This document shows, in pieces, positions 38,271 through 50,352 of a stretch of 64,000 bases of DNA. The stretch is from Sphyrna mokarran (Eukaryota): contig JAGIQG010000009.1 in the NCBI GenBank assembly GCA_024679065.1, positions 85,932,001 through 85,996,000 of the forward strand, given 5' to 3'. Made by a program: the position numbers and the translations under genes. Under the pieces are notes generated by a model that was given only the letters and a program-made list of their open reading frames with translations, had not been told where the DNA came from and did not search any database. Each line of letters begins with the position of its first letter. Position 1 is the stretch's first letter.

Positions 38271-39529
38271 AGCAAGTGTCAGAGTAAAACACAAGCATTA
38301 TCAACAAAGGTAAATGCTGAATTTAGTGATGAAAAACTGACCTTAATTAATGCCAAAGAAACAATAAATCATGCAAAAATAAAATATTCAACCGCAGGAC
38401 ACGAAATGGGAGGTTGATGTCGAGACAGTTGAAGTCCAAACAAAAATGCAGATTGAATTTTAGAGACTTTTGAAAAGGGACTAACAAAGAGGAAAAGGTC
38501 AGCAACATTATAGGATAGAAAAGTGCAGAAGCAAAGCTAGGGGTTCACGTATACATTAAATAAAACCTGATCTGCTTGCATTGTCACATTCAAATTAATG
38601 AGAAAATCCCCAATGTTGCTTCAATATTTAAGATTTGGAGGAATAAATGAGGCAGGTATGGACCTATTGGTCTCACATTTAGAGTAAATGAGCATTCGGA
38701 CAAGTATGATTATCAGAGATCCCAAAGTGAACAAAGTACAGCAATAGGAACAGGCCCTTTGGCCCTGAAAGATTTAGTTAGATCGTGCTGCCCTAACTAA
38801 AAAAAACCCAGCCTTTACTCGATCTGTATCCCTCTATTTCCTCCCTATTCACGTATCCATCCAGATGTCTTGTAAATATTGGTAACGTGCCTGCTACCAC
38901 TTTATTGTCTGACAGCATGTTCAAGGCACCCGCCGCTCTGTGTGGAAAAACTTCCTCAAACTTTCTCCCCTCACCTTGAACCTGTGCCCTCTTGTAATTG
39001 ACCCTACCAATCTTGAAATAAGCTTCTAACTATCCTGTTTATACCTCATAATTTTGGAGACTCTATCAGGTCATTATCAGCCTCCGTCTTTCCAGTGAAA
39101 ACAATCTTAGTTTATTCAACATCTACTCATACCCAACATCCTCAAGGCCAGGCAACATCTTGATGAATTTTCTTTGCACTCTCTCCAAAGTTTCCATGTC
39201 TTTCGGATAGTGTACCAAACAGAACTGCATCCAATAACTCTAAATGCAGCCTAACCAAGGCTTTATATAGCTGCAACATGATTTCCGATTTCCCAACTCC
39301 TGTACTCAATGCCCAGGCTGATGGGGGCAAGCACACCATATGCCTTCTAAATTACCTGGGCCATCTGTATTCTTCGAGTGAACTATGGACCTGCATGCCC
39401 AGATTCCTCTGTAAATGTTCTACCATTTTACAGTATAATTCACAATTAAATTTGATCCTCTAAAATGTATCACCTTATATTCATCTGGATCAAATTCCAT
39501 CTGCCATTTCTGTGCCCAAATCTCCAATT

Positions 39530-39928
39530 AAACGAAGAACAACACAGCACGGGAAACAGGCCCTTCGGCCCAACGAGCCCGCGCCGCCGTCCTAACGTCT
39601 TAATGACATATAGAGACCAATGTAGGGACAATTTGTTACCCAATCAGCCTAAGAGCACATTTTTGGGATGTGGGAGGAAACCGGAGCACCCGGAGAAAAC
39701 CCACGCAACCACGGGGAGAACGCACAAACTCCCGCAGACACAGGCCCAAATCCATGTGTCTGCACAGCAACAGCGATAGTCTCTGAGCTGTCATGTTGCC
39801 CATCTGATGGTCCAGTTTAAGCATACACTAACGACATGAAGCACTAGGCCACTCCTGAAGTAATATCCAAGAGCAGCCCTCGCACGACCTGCCGAATGCA
39901 TGCACCTCGTTGGTCAACAACGTTGGTC
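39530..39928 (-). mobile_element. 3'-UTR-only copy of the SINE-containing CR1
   Basis: Matches 40790-41225, lacking about 40 bp. Confidence 0.88.
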
Positions 39929-40162
39929 AATTTATCTACAATTCTCTTCTATCCTCTGACAATCCTCGGCACTATCAGCAACTCTTGCCAATCTTTGTGT
40001 CATTTGCAAACTTACTAATCAAACAACCACATTTTCCTCCAGATCATTTATATACACTACAAACAACAGAGATCCCAGCACTAAAACCCTGCAGAATACC
40101 ACTAGCTACAGATTTTCCATTCTGAAAAATACCCACCGCTATTCTCTGTCTTGTAGAGCCAA

Positions 40163-40359
40163 GATGTGGAAATGCCTATGTTGGACTGGAGTAAAAACAG
40201 TAAGAAGTCTCATAATACCCAGTTAAAGTCCAACAGATTTATTCGGTAGCACAAGCCACCAGGTTTCAGAGCGCTGCTCCTCAGTCTCACCTGATGAAGG
40301 AACAGCGCTCCGAAAGCTAGTGGCTTATGCTACCAAATAAACCTGTTGGACTTTAACCT
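40163..40359. mobile_element. Palindromic Penelope-like pLTR element
   Basis: Arms at about 40221-40282 and 40297-40357 are reverse complements. Confidence 0.8.
40288..40322 (+). ncRNA. Minimal type I hammerhead ribozyme motif
   Basis: cac-CTGATGA-aggaacagcgctcc-GAAA-gcta-gtg: intact core, short stem II, palindromic AGCT in place of stem III. Confidence 0.75.
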
Positions 40360-40787
40360 TGTATAACCAAGCCAGCTCGGTGTCCATCTAGCCAGCCCAC
40401 ACCAAGTCCCATCTGATTTTAATTTTTCTATCAGTTTGCCATATGGGACTTTGACAAACACTTAATAAAGTCCATATAAATATCCACAACCCTTTTCTCA
40501 TCAATTATCTTTGTCACCTTTTCAAAAAACTCAATGATGTTGGTGAGACATGACTTTCTTTGTACAAAACTGTGCCACCTGTCACTAACTGGTCCATTTT
40601 CCTCCAAATGAACATGTATTCTGTCAGTATTTTCTCCAAAAGCTTCCCCACCACTGAAGTCAGGTTCACCAGCCTATAATTTCCAAGATTATCTCTGCCT
40701 TCCTTCCTAAACAAGGGAACAATATTGGCCGTTCTCCAGTCCTATGGAAGCTCACTTGTGGTCAAAGACGATGGTATGGTATCTGTT

Positions 40788-42830
40788 AAGAACAAAGAGC
40801 AACACAGCACAGGAAACAGGCCCTTCGGCCCAACGAGCCCACGCCGCCGTCCTAACGTCCTAATGACATATTATGTCTTTAGGCTATGCCTATTGTTGAA
40901 GATTCCCATGTAGGGACCAATATAGGGACAATTTGTTACCCAATCAGCCTAAGAGCACATTTTTGGGATGTGGGAGGAAACCGGAGCACCCGGAGAAAAC
41001 ACACGCAACCACGGGGAGAATGCGCAAACTCCCACAGACACAGGCCCAAATCCATGTGTCTGCACAGCAACAGCGATAGTCTCTGAGCTGTCATGTTGCC
41101 CATCAGATGGTCCAGTTTAAGCATACACTGACGATGTGAAGCACTAGGCAACTCCTGAAGCAACCTCCAAGAGCAGCTCTCGCATGACATGCTGCATGCA
41201 TGCCCCTTGTTGGTCAACAAGGTGGACCAAATTGGCTGCGGAAACAATAAGACTTAATTAAACATGCTAAAAAAAAACTAAGACATTCCCGAGACAAAAC
41301 TAAAAATAGTCTACTACTATTTGGTCCTCTCGGTATTCAAACAGTCCTCCTATATCCCTCTATCTGCAGACCGCTCATGTGGCTGTCCAAGAGAACCCTT
41401 AAACAATCCTAGCGTGCCTGCTCCCCCACCTTACTCGGCAGTGCATTCCACACCCCACTACCCTTTTGTGAAAAACTGGCCTCTAATATTCGTCTTGTAC
41501 ATAGCCCCCCTCACCCTGAGCCCGTGACCCCTCGTTCTATCCATTTCTAATGGTGGAAAAAGCTTACCACCATTTATTCTATCTATACCCCTCATAATCT
41601 TATATACCTCTAAAAGATCCCCTCTCAGCCGGCGTCTTTCAAGGGAAAACAACCCCAGTGTTTTCAATCTTTCCTCATAAGACAGCCTTTCCATACCAGG
41701 CAGCATCCTGGTAAATCTCCTCTGCACTCTCTCCAGGGCCTCTACATCCTTCCTGTAGTACGGCGACCAGAACTGGACGCAGTACTCCAGATGAGGCCTA
41801 ACCAACGTTCTATACACCTGCAACATCAGACTCCTACTCTTGTATTCTATCTCTATACTCTGGATAGTTTTACCTTTTACCCTATAACTCCCGTCTACAT
41901 TATTCTGGCCAAAATGCATCACCTCGCATTTATCCGGATTAAATTCCATTTGCCATCTATCTGCCCAATCTACCAGCCTATCTATGTCATGTTTTATTGC
42001 CAGGCACTGCTCCTCAGTACCTGCCAATCCAATCATCTTAGTGTCATCAGCAAATTTGCTGATCACACCACCTACCCCCTCTTCCAAGTCATTTATATAC
42101 ACACAAATAGAAGGGGTCCTAGTACAGAGCCCTGTGGCACACCACTAGTGACAGACCTCCAGTTGGAAAAACAGCCTTCCACTACTACCCGCTGTCTCCT
42201 CCTCCCAAGCCAGTTCTCAACCCATCTACATACCTGCCCTGTATACCATGCGCCTTCACTTTTCTATCAGCCTACCATGAGGACCTTATCAAACGCCATC
42301 AAAGGTCTGAGCTGTTTCTCTGCTTGCCTCCTGCAGTAACCTAGGATAGATCCCATCCAGCTTGGGGACTTGTCTACCTCAGTGCAATTTAGGATGTCCA
42401 TCATTTTCTTCCTTTGATATACTGACATTCTCTCGAGCGTTGACAAACCTATTCCTGTCCTCAGCATCTGTCATATCCTCTTTGGTGAACACCGATACAA
42501 AATACTTATTAAGAATTTCACCGACTTTCTGTGGTTCCATGAAAAACTTCCCTCCATTGTCCTCGAGTGGGCCTACTCTTTCTCTTGCTACCCTCTTGCT
42601 CCCAATAAATGCATAAAAAGCCTTGGGATTTCTCCTTGACCCTGTTTGTTAACAACAGGTCATGGCCCCTGTTAGCCCTCCAAATTCCATGTTCAAGTTC
42701 CTTTCCATTTTTACTGTACTCAACAGTTTCTTCAGTTTTTAGATGCCTTGACCTATTGTACGCTTCCTTTTCCCTTTTGGCTAAGTTTACAATTTCCCCT
42801 TGTCATCAATGGTTCCCGAATCCTGCCATT
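40788..42830 (-). mobile_element. CR1 (sister subfamily) with SINE-containing 3' UTR and two internal deletions
   Basis: ORF 41458-42102; deletions near 41850 and 42300; UTR 40788-41340. Confidence 0.92.
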
Positions 42831-43428
42831 TCATCAACTTCAGGAAGCGTAAAGAAGAACGTTTACATCAATGGGGACAAAGTAGAAAGCATCTAGAGCT
42901 TCAAGTATTTAGGTGTCTAGATCACCAAACCTGTCCTGCTCCCCGTATGTCAACACTCCAGTTAGGAAAGCCCACCAACATGACTATTTTCTCAGAAGAC
43001 AAGAAATTTGGCATGTCAACTATGACTCTCACCAACTTTTACAGATGGACCATAGAAAGCATTCTTTCTGATTGTATTACAGATTGGTACGTCTCCTGCT
43101 CCGCCCGAGATTGCAAGAAATACAAAAGGTCATGAATGTAGCCCAATCCATCACGCAAACCAGCTCCCATCCACTGACTCTGTCTATACTTCCAGCTGGC
43201 TCAGTAAAGCAGCCAACATATTTAATGATCCACCCATCCCAGATATTCTTTCTTCCGCCTACTTCCTTTGGAAAAAAGATATAAAAGTCTGAGGTCACGT
43301 ACCAACTGACTCAAGAACATCTTCTTTCCTTCTGCTGTCAGGCTTTTGAATGGACTTATCTTGCATTAAGCTGATCTTCCTCTACACCCTAGCTATGACT
43401 GTAACACTACACTCTGCACTCTCTCCAA
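42831..43428 (+). mobile_element. Rex1/Babar-like LINE fragment
   Basis: TLTNFYRWTIESILSDCITDWY; QKVMNVAQSIT. Confidence 0.82.
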
Positions 43429-43859
43429 TGTGTCCACCCTCAGTACAGTTGTGATCTCCTCCTTAATCAGCAATGCAACTCTGCCACCCTTTTGTTTCCC
43501 TTTCTGTCCCATCTAAAACAAAATATATCCCACAATATTAAGCTACTAGTTTTGTCGCTCCTTCAACCATGTGTCTGTAAATTGCAATTACATTCAACTC
43601 AATGCAGTAATCCAGCTCTCAGTTCATCTGTTTAACCTGTTATACTTTTTGCATTGAAGAAAACACATTCTAGACCTACAATCCTGCCGAGTCCTGTGGC
43701 TTCCTTTTGCCTGCTCTTACTCTGTGTTATGTTTATCTCAGTCTTACTTTTTTCCCCAGTTTCTGTACTTACTGGCTTGTGTTTGGTCAGGATTCCAAGG
43801 AGAATTCTCCTGCCCCTGAAAATTGTGCGTAAAAACATATTCTGAGTGCAACAGGGCTT

Positions 43860-43980
43860 CAGTTTAACATTTTATCTGAAAGGGAGCACTTCCAACAGTG
43901 CAGCACTCCCTAAGTGCACTGACAGTCTAGATTCTATATTCAACATCCTGATTTAGAACTTGAGTTTACAACTTTCAGTC
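43860..43980. mobile_element. Possible Deu-domain SINE remnant
   Basis: CTGAAAGGGAGCACTTCCAACAGTGCAGCACTCCCT resembles the DeuSINE core as I recall it; not aligned. Confidence 0.5.
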
Positions 43981-43984
43981 CTTG

Positions 43985-44250
43985 CGACTTTCCTCCACAG
44001 CTTCCAATCTCATAGTCTATCAATGCCATACAGTCCGCTTCCATCTCTCCCAAAGATTCATGAACAGGATTGTCCCAGGAGGCCCATCAGATCCATCAGG
44101 AGCCAGTTCCTGCCCCACTGAACTCAACTCTTATCTTAATTCCAGCCTCTCTCCTCTTGATCAGTCCCTTCCCAACTATATCCACAATTCCTCTGATGCC
44201 CTAATCACATCAACTGTTTCCTGTCCCGTGGCCCAAACAGCCTCCTGTTT
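43985..44250 (+). mobile_element. Penelope-like RT N-terminal remnant
   Basis: PKIH..DCPG.P...SCPTELNSYLNSSLSPLDQSLPNYIHNSSDAL, read across frameshifts. Confidence 0.65.
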
Positions 44251-44256
44251 ACTACA

Positions 44257-44562
44257 GCGGCACAGTGGTTAGCACAGCTGCCTCACAGCACAAGGGATCT
44301 GGGTTCGATTCCCAGCTTGGGTCACTATCTGTGTGGAGTTTGCACGTTCTCCACGTGCCTGCGTGTGTTCCCTCCGGGTGCTCTGGTTTCCTTTCATACT
44401 CCAAAGATGTGCTGGTTAGGTGGATTATCCATGCTGAATTGCCCCTTGGTGTCAGGAAGATTAGCTAAGGTTTGGGGTTTTTGTGTTAGGGTCTGCGTGG
44501 AATTGTTGTCGGTGTAGACTCGATAGCCAAATGTCCCCTTTCTGCACTACAGGTTTCTACGA
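44257..44562 (+). mobile_element. HE1-type SINE
   Basis: B box GGTTCGATTCC; V-domain. Confidence 0.88.
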
Positions 44563-44752
44563 TAATCTTTGAAAACAACATAGACCTCTAATTCCTCTAC
44601 ATCTCCATTCCTCAGCGTAGTTTGAGCACTCTCCATTTCTTCCGGAATTGAACCTAGTTCTTACAACTGTTTGAATTCTGTGAGCCTTCTTAATTACATG
44701 TTGCACTCACATGTTATTTTGTCGTGAACCATGAAGTATTTCCACACATATC

Positions 44753-45310
44753 AAAGAACAAAGAATGACACAGCACAGGAAACAGGCCCTTTGGCCTTAC
44801 AAGCCCACACCACCATTTTAACATTCAATGAGTGCCTCATTCCAATCCTTCTTTTACCTGTGAATTTTGCCTACACCTCTTGGACTCCACAATAAAGGTC
44901 TGCAAATTTGGAGAATTATATGTGTGCCAGATTGAGGGAAGTCCAATTTAGGGACAATTTGTTAATACCAATCAGCCTAAGAGCACGTTTTTGGGGTGTG
45001 GGAGGAAACTGGAACACCTGGAGAAAACCCACGCAAGCACAGGGAGAATGTGCAGACTCCCACAGACACCGACCCAAGTCGGAGATCCAACCCAGGTCAC
45101 TGAACCTGCACAGCAAACAGTGATAGTTACTGAGCTGTCATGTTGCCCATCAGCTGGTCCAGTTTAAGAATACACTAATGACGTGAAGAACTAGGCAACT
45201 CTCAAAGCAACATCCAAAGGCAGCCCTCGCATGACACACTGCATGTATACCCCTTGTTGGCCAACAAGGTAGACTGAATCACCTGTGGATGTAAAAAAAG
45301 TCATCAATAA
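44753..45310 (-). mobile_element. 3'-UTR-only copy of the SINE-containing CR1, variant with a fuller tRNA head
   Basis: Same architecture; keeps the B-box-region segment (GACCTGGGTTGGATCTCCG on the minus strand) that the other copies lack. Confidence 0.85.
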
Positions 45311-46077
45311 ACATTTCTTTGTTCCCCCATAATAAATTCCCTTATAAGGGACCTACATTTGTCTTCACCAATCTTTTTGTCCTCACATACCTGTAGAAAC
45401 ATTTAGTCATTTTCTCTTTTCAATCAATCCCTTTATCTTCCTTTGCTGAATTCTAAACTTCTCCCAATCCACAGGTCTGCTGTTCTTTACTGACCAATTT
45501 GGATGTTTCTTCCCTGCATCAAATATTATCTCTAATTTCCCTTGTAAGTTATGATTTGACCAAGATTTCTATTTTTCTGTTATGCTAATAGGAATGAACA
45601 ATTGTTGCAGTTCCCCCATGCACTCTTTGAACGTTTGCCATTGCCTACCCACCGTCATCCCTTTAAGAAAAGTTCCCCAGTCTACCGTACCCATTTTGAG
45701 CCTCATATCACTGCATTCATTTAGATTTAGGACCCTCAACCCACAATCAATTTCCTCACTCTCCATCTTGACTAAGAATTTAATCGTATGATGGCTGCTC
45801 AGCCCCAAGTATTCTTGCACAACTAGATTGCCAATTATTCCTTTCTCATTACACAATACTCATTCTACAATTGCTTGCTCTCTAGTTGGTTCCCCAGTAT
45901 ATTAGTCCTGTATACACTCCAGAAATTCCTCCTCTATGGTATTGTGAAGAATTTGATTAGCCCAATCTACATGCAGGTTAAAATCACCCATAATGACAGA
46001 TATTCCTTTATCACATACATCTCTAATACCTGTTTAATGCCGTTACCAAAATTACCACTACAGTTTGGTAGTCTATG

Positions 46078-47790
46078 TAAGAACATAAGAACATCAGATA
46101 CAGGAGCAGGAATAGGCTATCTAGCCCCTCGAGCTAGATATATTCAGTAAGGTAGCCTCCACCACTTCAACTGGCAGAAAATCCCAAAGATTCACCACCC
46201 TCTGAATGAAGAAATTCCTCCTCAACTCCGACCTAAACCACCCCCCCCCCCCCCCTATTTTGAGGCTGTGCCCACTTGTACTGCTATCCTTTGTAAGTGG
46301 AAAGAAAATTTCTACCTCTACCCTATCCATCCCCTTCATTATCTTATTTGTCTCTATAAGATCCCCCCTCAACCTTCTAAACTCCAACGAGTACAAACCT
46401 ATTCTTACTCAATCTCTCCTCATAGGCTAACCTCTTCATCTCCGCTATCAGCCTAGTGAATCTTCTCTGTATTCCCTCTAAGGCCAGTATATCCTTCCGT
46501 AAATGCAGTGACCAAAACTATACACAGTACTCCAGCTGCGGCCTCACCAGCACCCTGTACAGTTGCAACAAGACCTCCCTACTTTTATATTCTATCCCCC
46601 TCGCTATAAAGGCCAACATTGCATTCACCTTCTTGATAACCTGCTGCACCTGCAGACTGGGTTTTTGCGATCGTGCACAAGGATCCCCAGATCCCTCTGC
46701 AGTGTAGCATGCTGCAGCTTTTCGCCTTTTAAATAATAATCCCTCCTACTATTATTTCTACCAAAGTGGATAACCTCTCACACTTGCTAATATTATACTC
46801 CATCTGCCAGGTCCTCCCCCACTCAATCAGCCTATCCAGATCCCTCTGCAAGCGTTCCACACCCTCCATGCAATTTGCTTTTCCATTCATCTTCGTGTCA
46901 TCAGCAAATTTTGTAACCCTACACTCAATTCTTCCTCCAGATCATCTATGTAAATGGTAAACAGTTGAGGCCCCAGCATCAATCCCTGGGGCACTCCACT
47001 AGTCACCAACTGCCAACCAGAATAGCACCCACTGAGTCCTACTCTCTGCTTCCTATTAGACAGCCAATCCTCTATCCATGCTAATACCTTGCACCTTAAC
47101 TTTTGCAGCAAACATTTGTGAGGCACCTTATCAAATGCCTTCTGGAAATCTAAAACCACCACATTCACCGGTTCCCCTCTATCTACCGCACTAGTCACAT
47201 CCTCATAGAAATCCAATAAATTCATCAAACACGATTTCCCCTTAACGAATCCGTGCTGCATCTGCTTGATCAAACAGTTCTTTTCTAGGTGCCTCGCTAT
47301 TTCTTCTTTGATAACAGATTCAAGCATTTTTCCGACTACAGACGTTAAACTAACTAGCCTATAATTCCCTGCCTTTTGCCTGCTACCTTTTTAAAACAGC
47401 AGCGTAACATTAGCCGTTTTCCAATCTTTCAGCAGTTCCCTGGAGTCCAGCGAATTTTGATAAATAATTACTAAGGCATCCGCCATCACCTCTGCCATTT
47501 CTTTCAGAACCAGGAGATGCATTCCATCCGGTCCTGGGGACTTGTCTACCTTCAGGCCCCTTAGTCTATCAAGCACTACCTCTCTAGTGACAGTAATCGC
47601 ATTAAGGCCCTCATCTCCTACATCCTTTGATCTTTAATGTCCGGCAAACTATTTGTGTCCTCCTCCGTGAAGGCCGACACAAAAAAGTTGTTTAAAGCCT
47701 CAGCCATTTCCTCATCACCTCCCGCTAAAATCCCCCTCTCATCCTCCAAGGATCCAACATTCACTTTAGTCAGTCTCCTCTTCTTTATAT
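46078..47790 (-). mobile_element. CR1 LINE RT region, frameshifted
   Basis: ORFs 46121-46396, 46887-47327 (QHGF, DFQKAFD, GVPQG) and 47391-47576. Confidence 0.92.
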
Positions 47791-49050
47791 ATTTTACTGT
47801 CTTTTTTTTATATTTAGATCCAGTTTAGCCTTATACTCTATCTTTCCTTTTCATTATCACCTTCTTAGTCATTCTTTGTTGTTGTTTAAAATTTCCCAAT
47901 CTTCTAATCGCTCATTATTTTCAGCCGCTCTGAACGCATCAGCTTTTAATTTAATACTCTCCTTTATTTCTTTCGGCAACCACGGCTGATTTCCCCTTCT
48001 CCTTTAGCCTTTCTTCATCAACGGAACCCCCATTGATGTTTTTTGCCCTGATGTTTCTTAGCTCTACCCATACAGATGCAATATTGTCAGAGCCAGTATC
48101 ATTCCTCAGAATAATGTTAATTTTCTCCTTCACTACAAATGCCATTCCATTGTCTTTCCCTTTTTGTCCAACCTTCCTAAATACTGAATACCCTTGGGAA
48201 TCCTGGGCACTCTGCAGCCATGTCTCCATAATCCTTACTATATCAGACACATTTATATCTGTTTGCATGATTAATTCATCCAATTTATTGTGAACACTCC
48301 ATGTGTTCAGTCACGAAGCCTTCAGGCTCATATTTTTAACATTTCTTATCCTGTTCCCATTATTTTTCACAGTGGCCCTTGTTTATTCCTGGCTCTTGAT
48401 TTCTCTGCCCATCACTTTTCTTATTCCCCTTTCCATCTTTTGTTTTTGTCCTTGATTTTTTCCTCCTCTGAATCTTTGCATCGGTTCCCAACCCTGCTGC
48501 CACTTTAGTTTAAACCCTCACCAATCTTGCTATCTTTGTGATCCTACTTTTCAGCTTGCTTTCTACCTCCCTATCTACTGCTTTTAGGACCTTATCCCCT
48601 ATTGTAGCCAGTGGTGTTTGTACCAATGTCCACATGACCACTGACTACCCCTCAGAATGTCCTGTAACTGCTCTGAGATGTCTTTGACCCTTCGCACCAG
48701 GTAGATAACATACCATCCTAGAGCCCTGCTTGTGGCCACAGAAACACTACCTATCCCCCTTACTGAATTCCCTATAACTATTGCATGTTTACCCATTTTG
48801 CCCCTTCCCTGTGCAGTAGAGCCAATCATGGTGCAATGAATTTGACTGTTGCTGCATTTCCCTAAAAACCCATCCCACTCAAAGCGGTATATTTGCTTTG
48901 GAAGGGAATGATCACGGGAGATTCCTGCACTGTCTGCCTAGTTATTTTCCTCTCCATGATGGTCATCCATTCCTTCCTGCTTTGTGGAGTGTCGCCTGTG
49001 ATATGACCATCTCTCTATATATGTTATTTGATAGCCTTCACCTTCCAGAT
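47790..49050 (-). mobile_element. Old CR1 5' portions: endonuclease and ORF1 esterase remnants
   Basis: 47951-48283 IMETWL...VWVELRN; 48599-48829 AIVIGNSVRG...VKDISEQLQDIL (GDSL/SGNH-like CR1 ORF1). Confidence 0.75.
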
Positions 49051-49068
49051 ACTCCCCATTGTGTAAAG

Positions 49069-50352
49069 TTTGATTTGATTTGATTTATTATGTCACATGT
49101 ATTAGTATATATGTTTTTTGAACATTATAATGACTAAGCGTACTGTACTTAGAGAAAGAGAGTAAAGAATGTGATGTTACAATTATAGCTAGGGTGTAGA
49201 GAAAGATGAATTTAATCTGACGTAGGTCCATTCAAAAGTCTGACAGCAGCAGGGAGGAAGCTACTTTTGAGTTGGTTGGTATATGATCTCAGACTTTTGT
49301 ATCTTTTTCCCGATGGAAGAAGGTGGAAGAGAGAATGTCCAGGGTGCGTGGCATCCTTAATTATGCTGGCTGCTTTTCCGAGGCAATGGGAAGTATAGAC
49401 AGTGTCCATGGACAGGAGGCTGGTTTAAGTGATGGACTGGGCTTCATTCACAACACTTTGTAATTTCTTGCGTTCTTGGACAGAGCAGGAACCATACCAA
49501 GTTGTGATACAACAAGAAAGAATGTTTTCTATGGTGCATCTGTAAAAGTTGCTGAGAATTGTAGTGGACATGACAAATTCCCTTTGTCTCTTGAGGAAGC
49601 AGAGGCATTGGTGGGCTTTCTTAACTGTAGTGTCCACATGGAAGGACCAGGACAGCTTGCTGGTGATCTGGACAAATAAAAACTTGAAACTCTCAAGCAT
49701 TTCTCCTTTATCCCCATTGATGTAGACAGGGGCACATTCCCCACTATGCTCCCTGAAGTTGATGACTTTGTCCTTTGTTTTATTGACATTGAGGGAGAGA
49801 TTATTGTTGTTGTACCAGGTCACCAGATTCTCTATCTCATTCCTGTATTCTGTCTCATCATTTTTGAGTTCCTACCCATGATAGTGGTGTCATCAGCAAA
49901 CTTGAAAATTGAGTGGAAGGGGAATATGGTCATAGTCATATATGTAAAGGGCTGAAGACACAGCCTTGCGGGCACTGGTGTTGAGGATGATTGAGGAGGA
50001 GATATTGTTGCCTATGCTTACTGATTGTGGTTGTGGGTTAGGAAGTCTAGGATCAGTCACAGAGGGAGGAGCTGAGTCCCAGACCATGAAGTTTGGAGTT
50101 GAGTCTCATAGGAATAATGGTGTTAAATGCTAAGCTGTAGTCTATGAAAAGGAGTTTGACACATAGGTGTCTTTGTTATCTGGGTGTTCCAGGGTTGAGT
50201 GTAGGGTCAGGGAGATAGTGTTCGCTGTGGGCCTGTTATATAGACAAATTGTAGTCGATCCAGGCAGTCCACGAGGCTGGAATTGATTTGTGTCATGACT
50301 AACTTTTTGAAGCACTTATTAAAGATGGATATCAGAGACATCGGACAATAGT
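49069..50352 (-). mobile_element. Rex1/Babar-like LINE (RT remnant and 3' end)
   Basis: ORF 49425-49823 NNLSLNVNKTK...FYRCTIENILSCCITTWYG; (TTTGA)n tail. Confidence 0.85.

Larger units (their letters stand above)
38730..40785 (-). mobile_element. Old CR1 with nested insertions
   Basis: ORFs 39142-39339 and 40514-40714; interrupted at 39530-39928 and 40163-40359. Confidence 0.75.

Noticed and set aside
41115-41150. CTGACGA on the antisense strand of the UTR module as a hammerhead
   Set aside because: No GAAA partner follows, and other copies read CTAACGA or CTAATGA.
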